From Acidimicrobiia bacterium (GTDB taxonomy: Bacteria > Actinomycetota > Acidimicrobiia > IMCC26256 > PALSA-610), in assembly GCA_038239145.1 (NCBI GenBank), contig JBBSFB010000004.1, positions 19,563 to 83,562 of the forward strand: a DNA stretch of 64,000 nucleotides, written 5' to 3'. Shown one piece after another: positions 18,470 through 26,499 of the stretch (within the stretch, counting starts at the first letter, position 1; every line of letters begins with the position of its first letter). The translations under genes were made by a program, and so were the position numbers. The notes beneath the pieces were generated by a model. That model did not search any database. It was not told where the DNA came from and worked only from the letters and a program-made list of their open reading frames with translations.

Positions 18470-18712
18470 CTACGACGCGAGGCGCTTGGGGAGCGGCGGA
18501 GCCGCGGCGCGCCGCGGGAACGCGTGGACCTCGGCCCCGGCCGCCTCGTGATCGGCATCGAGCCACCCGCAGGCGGCGCACACCGGAGAACCGCCGTGGG
18601 CGGGCGCGAAGGCCGTGCACGGTTCGAACGCGGTGCTGACCAGCTCGTACACGTCCATCGTCTGTTCGATCGTCTGCATGGGCGCAACGATGACAGGCGG
18701 GTGTGACACCAA
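18470..18712 (-). CDS. Small hypothetical protein with a CxxC motif
   Basis: 80-codon ORF (or 69 codons from the ATG at 18679) with strongly G/C-biased third positions: ...MQTIEQTMDVYELVSTAFEPCTAFAPAHGGSPVCAACGWLDADHEAAG... I recognise no family. Confidence 0.45.
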   Translation of the reverse strand: MVSHPPVIVAPMQTIEQTMDVYELVSTAFEPCTAFAPAHGGSPVCAACGWLDADHEAAGAEVHAFPRRAAAPPLPKRLAS

Positions 18713-18736
18713 CCCCGAACCGACTGCGATGAAGGC

Positions 18737-19743
18737 CTAGAGGGGCACTCGGCCGTCGAAGGCGGCCCCGGCCGCGAACCGGACCCGAAGGTCGTCGTCG
18801 GCGCGGCGCCGGTGGACGGTCTGGTCGCGCGGCCCACACCGATCTGGGCCAGGCCCCGCAGGGCGTAGTGCCGCACGCAGGCATCCTTGTCGGCGAGCGC
18901 GCGCTCGAAGAGGAGGCGCAGATTCGGCCGGGCGCTGCGGGCGGCGGCGCGGATCGCGGCTCTCCGTACGGCTCGAGACGAGTCCTCTGAGGGATCGGGT
19001 CCAGGGCTGCGCGACCAGCAACGGATCCGCGATCTCGAGCTTGGCCGTCGCGAGGCGGCGGCACGCGGCGTCAGGGGACGGGGTCGCGTCCATGAGGCGC
19101 GCGAGGTCGCGGGGTTCGAGACCTCGAGGGCGCCGATCTCGGACACGGCGCGCTCGTACGCGCGATCGGGGGCGATCGCCCGGGGTGGGACGAACTCGGC
19201 GGTGATCGTGTCGAACACGCGCAAGAGGGTCACGTGCCACTGCTCGGCATCCCCGAGCGCCACCGACACCGCGCCGAGCTCGACCCGCACGCTGTCGATG
19301 TCGTCGAACTCGCGGAACAACGCCGCGACCGCGGCCGAAGAACCCTGGTCATCGCGCGTGAAGCGCCCGCCCTTGCCCGTCGCAACGGGACCGGTCGCGA
19401 ACCTGACCTCGTTCGGTGTGCGCCCGGTCTCGATGATGACGAGCTCTTCGAACGTGTCGCCGAGTGTGCGTTGGTGCGCGGGGACGACCGGATTCGCGAT
19501 CGTCGCATCGGGCACGGCGGCGGTCGCGTCGGCGGGGAGCGGGTCGGCGTTGACCTCGATCTTGAAGTGCGACGATCGCCAGCCGTAGTGCAGGCGAATC
19601 CCGGGCGCGAGCTCTTCCTCGGTCCAGCCGTCGCCGGGTACGACGAGCCCCGACAGGCCCGCATCGTCCTCGACCGTCCAGGGACCTTCGGAGAAGAAGC
19701 GACGGAGCTGGGCGCGAGCGCGATCGACCAAGGTGATCGGCAT
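18737..19743 (-). pseudogene. Nfu_N-like domain plus HEAT/PBS-lyase-like repeat protein, reading frame broken about 3 times
   Basis: - The N-terminal ~205 aa sit in one frame (MPITLVDRARAQL..., IIETGRTPNEVRFATGP, LFREFDDIDSVRVELGAVSVALGDAEQW).
- After that, protein-like sequence and high GC3 alternate between two frames, near 19122, ~19000 and ~18832.
- Frame 2 reads LEPRDLARLMDATPSPDAACRRLATAKLEIADPLLV.
- Frame 1 reads DPSEDSSRAVRRAAIRAA...LLFERALADKDACVRHYALRGLAQIG.
- Frame 2 then reads ADDDLRVRFAAGAAFDGRVPL followed by the stop. Confidence 0.55.
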
Positions 19744-19858
19744 CCGTCCGAACGACGCCCGGGAGACGCGTTCGACGGCGGTTCGCGGCCGCCCCGCACG
19801 GGCAATCCGCAGGCGGGCCGCATCTCGATCATGGGCCAACCCGGAATCGTACGGTCGC

Positions 19859-20905
19859 TCAGACCTGGACTGAGCGACCGTCCTTCCACTCTCTCAGCAC
19901 CAAATAGTGACCTTTGAGTGCCGCGTGGTCCCACGTGCCGAATCCGATGAGCGTTCCCTGGTAGCCGGAGCTGGCCGGGAGCTGCTTCACCCGGCGTAGG
20001 CCGTCGGCGATCCCGGCCCGGGTCAGGTGCTCCGCGGCGGCGATGCCTTCGCCGAGCATGCGCCCCATGTCGTAGGCGGCGCACCCCATCGGCCCGCCCG
20101 CGGCGGCGGGGAACTGCTCGCCGAGCTTGGCCCGCAGGAGGTTGTCGTCGGAGATGGTGTCGATGTACTCCCAACCCGCATAGCCGTCGCGCCAGTCGGG
20201 TTTGGCGTACCCGAACATCAGCGCGGAGTTCGCGAGCACCGGCACCTTCCATCCGAGCGCGTCCAGCCCGAGCGCAACCGCTCGGGACGAGACGCCCAGA
20301 CCGAGGTACACGAGCACGTCGGGGTTCGACTGCCGCAAGCGCTGCAGTTGGTCGGTCGCATCCTCGGCGAGCGAGGAGATGCTCGCGCTGCCGGTGACCT
20401 CGAGCCCGAGCCGCCCCCGTGCCGCCTCGAAAAATTCGGCGTAGCGACGACCGACCGGTGACTGGTCGAAGATGACCGCGACGCGCTTGAATCCGCGCTT
20501 GACCGCGCGTGCGGCGAGCACCGGGGGTTCCTCTTCGAGGGAACCGACCTGGTAGTGGAACATCCATTCGGATCGGGTGCGCTCGCCGCCCGTGTAGTTG
20601 ATGGCCGGGATCTTGGCGGCGTCGCACAACGGCGCGACGATCAATCCGTTGTCGGAGATCGACGGACCGATGATCGCGACGACGCCTTCGTCGTCGAGCT
20701 CCGCAAACGCCCGCTTGACGTCGGCCTCGGTGCCTGAAGGGAGTCCTTGCGACTGGCGTTCGACGAGTTCGATGCCGCGATCGAGGCGGCCGGTTGCGGC
20801 CACCTCGTCGACTCCCAACTGGAGCGACTTCGACACAAGATCGCCCATCTGCGGGAAGTCGTAGAGCAAACCGATACGAACCGGGAGAGCGGAAGAGTTG
20901 GCCAT
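19859..20905 (-). CDS. Type-I periplasmic-binding-protein fold (LivK/AmiC-like) protein without a signal peptide
   Basis: 348 aa. It begins directly with the mature-domain-like VRIGLLYDFPQ and has no hydrophobic leader or lipobox. The rest resembles Leu/Ile/Val-binding-type receptors (VVAIIGPSISDNG, RVAVIFDQSPVGR). Confidence 0.8.
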   Translation of the reverse strand: MANSSALPVRIGLLYDFPQMGDLVSKSLQLGVDEVAATGRLDRGIELVERQSQGLPSGTEADVKRAFAELDDEGVVAIIGPSISDNGLIVAPLCDAAKIPAINYTGGERTRSEWMFHYQVGSLEEEPPVLAARAVKRGFKRVAVIFDQSPVGRRYAEFFEAARGRLGLEVTGSASISSLAEDATDQLQRLRQSNPDVLVYLGLGVSSRAVALGLDALGWKVPVLANSALMFGYAKPDWRDGYAGWEYIDTISDDNLLRAKLGEQFPAAAGGPMGCAAYDMGRMLGEGIAAAEHLTRAGIADGLRRVKQLPASSGYQGTLIGFGTWDHAALKGHYLVLREWKDGRSVQV

Positions 20906-20922
20906 CGTCGTATCCTTTCACG

Positions 20923-21567
20923 ATGCTGCGGGAGAACGTCGAGCGCGTCGCGGGCGACGCGATCCATGCCGCTTGGACCGGCGTTACGCGGCTCGGCGCG
21001 ATAGGCCCGCGGCATCGACGCGCCCGCGCGTTCCACACGTTCGGCGCCGGCAGCATGATCGCGTTTCCGCAGACCGTCGTGTTCGGCGAAGGCCGGATCG
21101 CGTTCGGTCGCGGGAGCACGATCGGTCCGCTCGCGACCATCAGCGCGGGAATGCCGTCGCAGGCCGATCTGCGCGGTGATCCCGTCATCACCATCGGCGA
21201 CCGGTGCATGCTCGGGAAGGGCATCGGCATCGTCGGGCACGAACGGATCGAGATCGGCAACGACATCTGGACCGGCCACTACGTGTACATCACCGATCAA
21301 AACCACGGTTACGAAGACGTCGACGAGCCCATCGGCGTGCAGATGTGGAAGAACGAGCCGGTCTCGATCGGTGACGGCAGTTGGCTCGGTCACGATGCGA
21401 TCGTGCTGCCGGGCTCGCGTATCGGCCGGCACGTCGTCGTGGCCGCGGGCGCGGTCGTCGCGGGCCTACAGGTGCCCGACTATTCGGTGGTCGCGGGGGT
21501 ACCGGCCCGGATCGTGCGCCGGTACGTCGCGGGGGAGGGTTGGCTCACCGTCCCCCGCGACGACTGA
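20923..21567 (+). CDS. Hexapeptide-repeat (LbH) acyltransferase
   Basis: ORF trimmed to the ATG at 20923. Hexapeptide repeats include ITIGDRCMLGKGIGIVG, IEIGNDIWTGHYVYITD, VSIGDGSWLGHDAIVLPGSRIGRHVVVAAGAVV and GVPARIV. Confidence 0.8.
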   Translation: MLRENVERVAGDAIHAAWTGVTRLGAIGPRHRRARAFHTFGAGSMIAFPQTVVFGEGRIAFGRGSTIGPLATISAGMPSQADLRGDPVITIGDRCMLGKGIGIVGHERIEIGNDIWTGHYVYITDQNHGYEDVDEPIGVQMWKNEPVSIGDGSWLGHDAIVLPGSRIGRHVVVAAGAVVAGLQVPDYSVVAGVPARIVRRYVAGEGWLTVPRDD

Positions 21568-21593
21568 CGAACACGACACCGAAGAGTGCAGTT

Positions 21594-23351
21594 TCAGCCC
21601 GCGTTCGGCGCGCCGGCCGGCAGCGGGGTCTTCTTGGGTCGCAGCGCCGCCGGGATGTCGGCCGGCGCGTAGACCGTCACCGTGTTGGCTTTGCCGAAGA
21701 GCGGCATGGGCGCGGTGGGCCATTGGCTCGGGAGGTAGCGCACGCCGCCGTCCATGAGCCGGTACATCCCGGTGCCCTGGTTCCCGGTCTCGTCGGGCCC
21801 GGTCGCGGTGGGGTCCCACCACTCGACGCCGGCGTTATCGAGACCGGCGGGGTCGTCGCCGGACCAGAAGCCGTGGTTGCCGTAGGTCACAATCGTCTGG
21901 ATCGTCGGCACCGTTGTCGACGCGATCGGCGAGGAGGCGTCCATGCCGTTCTTGAATGCCGCGGGCGTGAGCGTCGGGCCCGCGAGCTGCAGGCCATCGA
22001 AGAGCAACTCGACGTCACCCTTCACGATGCCGTAGGCGTTGTCGTCCGGGGGAGCCGCGTTGTTGAACCACCACTGATGCAGCGTGAACGCGTCCTGTTC
22101 GGCCTGCGGGATGCGGGCCGGGATCAGTTGCAACCCGAACGCGTGCACCCACTGCTTCTGATCGAACTGCCGCGCGAACACGTTCGTGTCGGCGAGCACC
22201 GTTCCGGACATCACCCACTCGGGGAAGTAGCCCTCCTTCGTCATCTCCGTGGTCAAGAAGATGGGGAAGATGGGGTCGCCGGTGAACAAGATGCTCGTCG
22301 CGTTCTTCTGCTTGAGCCGGGTGGCGATGGTGCGAGCGTCGGCCTGCAGCGTCGGGATGTTCAAGTAGTAGTCGACGTGGTCGACGACGTTGACGCCGGT
22401 CGCCCTGAGCTTCGTCTCGAGGTCGTCCCAGGCCGAGCGGTACTGGTTGTCGGGAGTGTCGTAGGTGAGCATCGTGAACGTACGCGGCTTGCCCGCGAGC
22501 TGGGGGCCGGCCCACTTCGCAGGCTTACCCGCGAGCTGGTTCTTGATGAACGTCGTGATCATCGTCGAGGTCTGGTCGGGTGAGGGACCGGTCGGCCAGA
22601 GGTACGGCTGGTTGTCCTCGTAGTACTTCTGCGGTTGCGACGTGATGCACGATCCGATGCACAGGATCTTCTTCTGGGAGAGCTCGTCGGAGAAGGCTTT
22701 GGTCTGCGTCGGTCCGCCCACGACCGCGAACACACCGGCGGCCGCGGCGCGGTCGGCGTCGGCCCGAGCCTGGACGGAGTCGGCGCTCGCGCCGGAACCG
22801 TCGATGCGGACCAACTGGACCTTGCGGCCGTAGAGCTCGAAGGTTCCGCCGTAGATCGCGCTGTAGTCCTTGATCGCCTGGGCTGTCTTGTCGGGAGGGT
22901 CGTACGCGCCGGCCTTCGCGAGCACTCCGTCGAGGGTGGGGTCGGGCTTGGCGATGTAGTACCCGATCTTGATAGCGGTCGCGGTCACCCCCGGCGCCGT
23001 GGCCCCGCCGTTGCCGGCGGTGAAGTCCTCGACACACGGCGGCGGATTGAGGATGGGGATCGCGACCCGCCCGGTCGTGGTGTCGCAGTTGTGCCACTGC
23101 TTCGAGGCCGCAGTGCCCTGAGCCTTGGCGTCGTTGTAGAAGAGGGGCACGCCGTTCTTGCCGGACACGCTCGCGGCGGGCGTGGACGGGCTGGCACCCC
23201 CGACCTTCACATCGGTCGCCTTCTTGTCGCCCCCGCCGCGCGTTGCGAGCACGGCTACGACGATTGCGACGACCACGGCGACCGCGATGAACGGCGCGTA
23301 TCGCATCAAGGGCGACTTCTGTCGTCGCTGTGGCGTCTGTTGCAATCCCAT
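21594..23351 (-). CDS. Membrane-anchored ABC substrate-binding protein (large type-I PBP)
   Basis: 585 aa. An N-terminal TM/signal anchor (YAPFIAVAVVVAIVVAVLAT) is followed by a disordered linker and a LivK-like domain. It is the last gene of the transporter operon. Confidence 0.8.
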   Translation of the reverse strand: MGLQQTPQRRQKSPLMRYAPFIAVAVVVAIVVAVLATRGGGDKKATDVKVGGASPSTPAASVSGKNGVPLFYNDAKAQGTAASKQWHNCDTTTGRVAIPILNPPPCVEDFTAGNGGATAPGVTATAIKIGYYIAKPDPTLDGVLAKAGAYDPPDKTAQAIKDYSAIYGGTFELYGRKVQLVRIDGSGASADSVQARADADRAAAAGVFAVVGGPTQTKAFSDELSQKKILCIGSCITSQPQKYYEDNQPYLWPTGPSPDQTSTMITTFIKNQLAGKPAKWAGPQLAGKPRTFTMLTYDTPDNQYRSAWDDLETKLRATGVNVVDHVDYYLNIPTLQADARTIATRLKQKNATSILFTGDPIFPIFLTTEMTKEGYFPEWVMSGTVLADTNVFARQFDQKQWVHAFGLQLIPARIPQAEQDAFTLHQWWFNNAAPPDDNAYGIVKGDVELLFDGLQLAGPTLTPAAFKNGMDASSPIASTTVPTIQTIVTYGNHGFWSGDDPAGLDNAGVEWWDPTATGPDETGNQGTGMYRLMDGGVRYLPSQWPTAPMPLFGKANTVTVYAPADIPAALRPKKTPLPAGAPNAG

Positions 23352-23424
23352 TCGAACGTCCCCCTGTCGTGGTGTTGCTACCTGTCTGGTCGAGCGAGCG
23401 CCCGGCTGATTCGGATACGTGTTC

Positions 23425-26400
23425 TTAGACCGGTTGGACCCCGCTGCGGGCGATGGCCGCTTCGCTGGTGCCCAGATACGAGTGCACGACGATCGGGTCG
23501 TTCACGACTTCGTCTGGCGCGCCGGTCGCGACCACCTCGCCGAGATCGAGCGCGACGAGCCGGTCGGAGATGCTGAGCAGAAGCGGGACGTCGTGCTCGA
23601 TGACGAGGAGCGTCGCGCCGGTCTGCTCGCGGATGCTCAGGAGCAACGGTCCGAGCGCCTCGGCTTCGCGCTGGGCGATGCCCGACGACGGCTCGTCGAG
23701 GAGCATGACCGTGGGGTTGTGCGCCAGTTGGCACGCGAGGTCGACGATGCGTCGGCTGCCTGTCGACAGCTCGCGTATGAGCTTGTCGCGGAAGTCGGTG
23801 ATGCCGAGGAGCTCGAGCAGGCGCTCGACGTTCTCGTTGACGTCCTTCTCCGTGTGCGCGACCGACGGCAATCGCAGCGCCGCCGCGATGGGATCGCGTA
23901 TCTCGAGGTGGCGTTCGAAGGCGATCGACACCGTCTCGGCCACGCTGAGGTTCGGGAAGAGCCGACCGTCTTGGAACGAACGACCGAGCCCGAGCTTCGA
24001 GCGGGCGACCGCCGACATCCCGGTCACGTCTTGGGCTTCGTCGCCCTCGCCGAGGATGATGGTGCCACGATCCGGCGTGACGAAGCCCGAGATGGTGTCG
24101 AACAACGTGGTCTTGCCCGCTCCGTTCGGTCCGATGAAGCCGATGATCTCGCCCGCCGCGGCCTGGAGCGACACGTCGGTCAGCGCGGCGAGGCCACCGA
24201 ATCGTTTTGAGATGTCGAGGAGGCCGAGCCGGACCGGGGCGTCCTCGAGCGAGTGTCCGTTCGACGTGGGTGCCTCGAGGTGCGCGACCGTCGCGGGCAC
24301 GATCTGCGTGGGCGTCGCCGCGTGACCATTCCCGGCGTGACCATTCGCGGCGTGACCGTTCGTGCTCGCCTCGTGCTCCATGCCCGACTGTGCGCCTTCG
24401 AGGAAGACCGAGCGCAACACGTCGGGGCGTTCGAGCAGCTCGGCGGTGGGACCGTGGAAACGGATCTCGCCCTTCTCCATGAAGTACGCCGTCTGCGCGA
24501 TCGTCAGCGCAAGGTTCACCGATTGCTCGACGAGGATGATCGTCGTGCCCTGCGCAGAGATGTCGCGGACGATCGGGAGAAGCTGCTCGACGACAGCCGG
24601 CGCGAGACCGAGGGAGAGCTCGTCGATCATCAGGAGCCGCGGCTTCTCGATGAACGCCATCCCGAGCGCGAGCATCTGCTGCTGGCCGCCGGAGAGATTG
24701 CCCGCGGGCTCGTCCAGGCGCCCCCGCAGGACCGGGAACAGCTTCAGGACGTGCTCGGTCGACTCCGCGACGAGCGCCTTGTCCTTGCGGTGCAACCAGC
24801 TCGCCAGGCGCAGGTGGTCGGCGACGCTCAGCGTGGGGAACACGCCCTGCCCGCCCGGCATCTGCACCACGCCACGTCCCGCGACCTCGTTCGGAGGCGC
24901 GTAGGTCATGTCGCGACCGTCGAATACGACCGCGCCGTTCGTCGCCTCGACGAGTCCGGAGATCGTCTTCAGCAGGGTCGATTTCCCGGCGCCGTTGGTG
25001 CCGAGGAGGGCGACGATCTCGCCTTCGTCGACCTCGAAGTTCACGCCGAACAAGACCTGCACGTTGTCGTAATGCACATCGACGTTGCGGACGAGCAGCA
25101 GCTTCACCTCGCCCTGCTGGCGCTTCAGCATCACCTCGGCCTGGGCCGCGGTGGAGGTCCACACCCGGTTGATGTCGCTGCGCACGTACATCGATCCCGA
25201 GGCGAGGATCCACGCCCCTATGAGGAAGATGGGCGCCACCACGAGTAGACCCGCACGCAGTCCGTAGGTGTCGGCGATCGCGCCGACGACGTAGAGCGCG
25301 ACGAGGCCGGGCACGATGAACAGCGTCGCCATCGCGTAGCCCATGGAACGCACTTTTGGAGGTATCGCGAGTGAGAGCGACGCGTAGATACCGGGCACGA
25401 GCAACGACGCGAACGCGGCGACGAGGAAGTTCATCGCGATCGCGAGCCACAGCCACGGTGCGAGAGCGAACAGCACCCAGGCGGCCGCGACGAGCACGCC
25501 GACCACTGCGAGCATCTTGAGGCCGAGGCCGGGGTCGCGCAGCATGAGCCGCGATGCAAGCGGGATGCCGAGCAGGAGGGCCACGATCTGGCCCGGCTCT
25601 GCGAACGCGGCGACGAGGCCGCGCTGGAAGTCGTCGAGATGGAAGACCTGCTCGTAGTACAGCGATGTGAGGGTGATCAGCCCGATGAACGCAGCCGCGA
25701 GGAAGGGCAGTGAGTACCAGATCCGGCGCAGGGTGCCGACCTGCCAGAGGATGCGGATCGACTCCGAGAACGACGGCGGCACCTCGTCGGTGTCGATCAC
25801 AGCCGCGTTGGCGCCCGCGGCCTCACGTTCCCAGTGCCCGCGCCCGGGTTCCTTCAAGCGCAGACCGAGGAGCACGAACCCGATCGTCGGGATCACGAAG
25901 ATGATGAACGGCAGGCGCCAGCCGAAGACCTGCCCGAGCATGCCGCCCAAGGCGCCGCCGAAGAACGCACCGAAGGCGAGACCGATCTGGTGCGAGCCGA
26001 ACACGTCGGCGCGCACTTCGGGCGGGTGATAGTCGGAGAGCAGCGAGTTGTGGGTCGGCGCGATGACTGCCCGCCCGACGCCGCTCCCGGAGCGGGCGAC
26101 GATCAGGAACGCGAGCGCGAACGAGAGCCCGGTGAAGAGCCCGAACACGGCCCAGATCACTGCGCCGGCGAGCGCGAGCGCGACGCGCGGGATCCGGTCG
26201 GAGTAGTAGGCGAGTGGAACCGGTAAGAGGAGCGCGCCGAGCGTCGTCAGCGCGACGAGGGTGAGGAAGCCGCCGTTCGACAGGTGGAACGAGTCGCGGA
26301 TGTCGGGGGCGAGGATGCCGAACGCGGTCTGGTCGAGTTGGCTGGAGAAGTTCAGTCCGACCAGGACGATCAACGGCAGGAGTGCTTCGCCGCCGCTCAC

Positions 26401-26499
26401 CTCGTCGAAGAATTGACGGGGCGCGCGCGGGAGGTGACAGTCGACGCCCCAGATGCGGAACAGCACCCGGCGGGGCTGTTTGACGAAGGGTGTGCGCAC
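23425..26499 (-). CDS. Triple-domain fusion: MFS permease domain - LivF-like ATPase - LivG-like ATPase
   Basis: The 1706-aa ORF was trimmed to the GTG at 26499, which overlaps the upstream TAG by 1 nt.
- MFS-like part: YYSDRIPRV, ARSGSGVGRAV and many hydrophobic spans.
- NBD1: GTNGAGKST, LSGGQQQ, LLMIDELSLGL.
- Linker: NGHAANGHAGNGHAA.
- NBD2: GPNGAGKTT, LSTGSRR, VMLLDEPSSGI. Confidence 0.8.
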   Translation of the reverse strand: MRTPFVKQPRRVLFRIWGVDCHLPRAPRQFFDEVSGGEALLPLIVLVGLNFSSQLDQTAFGILAPDIRDSFHLSNGGFLTLVALTTLGALLLPVPLAYYSDRIPRVALALAGAVIWAVFGLFTGLSFALAFLIVARSGSGVGRAVIAPTHNSLLSDYHPPEVRADVFGSHQIGLAFGAFFGGALGGMLGQVFGWRLPFIIFVIPTIGFVLLGLRLKEPGRGHWEREAAGANAAVIDTDEVPPSFSESIRILWQVGTLRRIWYSLPFLAAAFIGLITLTSLYYEQVFHLDDFQRGLVAAFAEPGQIVALLLGIPLASRLMLRDPGLGLKMLAVVGVLVAAAWVLFALAPWLWLAIAMNFLVAAFASLLVPGIYASLSLAIPPKVRSMGYAMATLFIVPGLVALYVVGAIADTYGLRAGLLVVAPIFLIGAWILASGSMYVRSDINRVWTSTAAQAEVMLKRQQGEVKLLLVRNVDVHYDNVQVLFGVNFEVDEGEIVALLGTNGAGKSTLLKTISGLVEATNGAVVFDGRDMTYAPPNEVAGRGVVQMPGGQGVFPTLSVADHLRLASWLHRKDKALVAESTEHVLKLFPVLRGRLDEPAGNLSGGQQQMLALGMAFIEKPRLLMIDELSLGLAPAVVEQLLPIVRDISAQGTTIILVEQSVNLALTIAQTAYFMEKGEIRFHGPTAELLERPDVLRSVFLEGAQSGMEHEASTNGHAANGHAGNGHAATPTQIVPATVAHLEAPTSNGHSLEDAPVRLGLLDISKRFGGLAALTDVSLQAAAGEIIGFIGPNGAGKTTLFDTISGFVTPDRGTIILGEGDEAQDVTGMSAVARSKLGLGRSFQDGRLFPNLSVAETVSIAFERHLEIRDPIAAALRLPSVAHTEKDVNENVERLLELLGITDFRDKLIRELSTGSRRIVDLACQLAHNPTVMLLDEPSSGIAQREAEALGPLLLSIREQTGATLLVIEHDVPLLLSISDRLVALDLGEVVATGAPDEVVNDPIVVHSYLGTSEAAIARSGVQPV
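24321..24365 (-). repeat. In-frame 15-bp tandem repeat (x3) encoding NGHA(A/G) in the inter-NBD linker
   Basis: Plus-strand units are cgtgaccattcccgg / cgtgaccattcgcgg / cgtgaccgttcgtgc. Confidence 0.85.

Noticed and set aside
19230-21266. 678-aa minus ORF, plus several 250-590-aa ORFs elsewhere (21381-22583, 22635-23576, 29624-30766, 30297-31388, 30940-32958, 35258-37051, 40770-42762, 43570-44502, 45990-47132, 49125-50231, 51469-52686, 56164-57102, 57042-57992, 59301-60368).
   Set aside because: For the same reason, each overlaps a motif-supported gene in another frame or strand and translates to low-complexity Arg/Pro/Gly-rich sequence.
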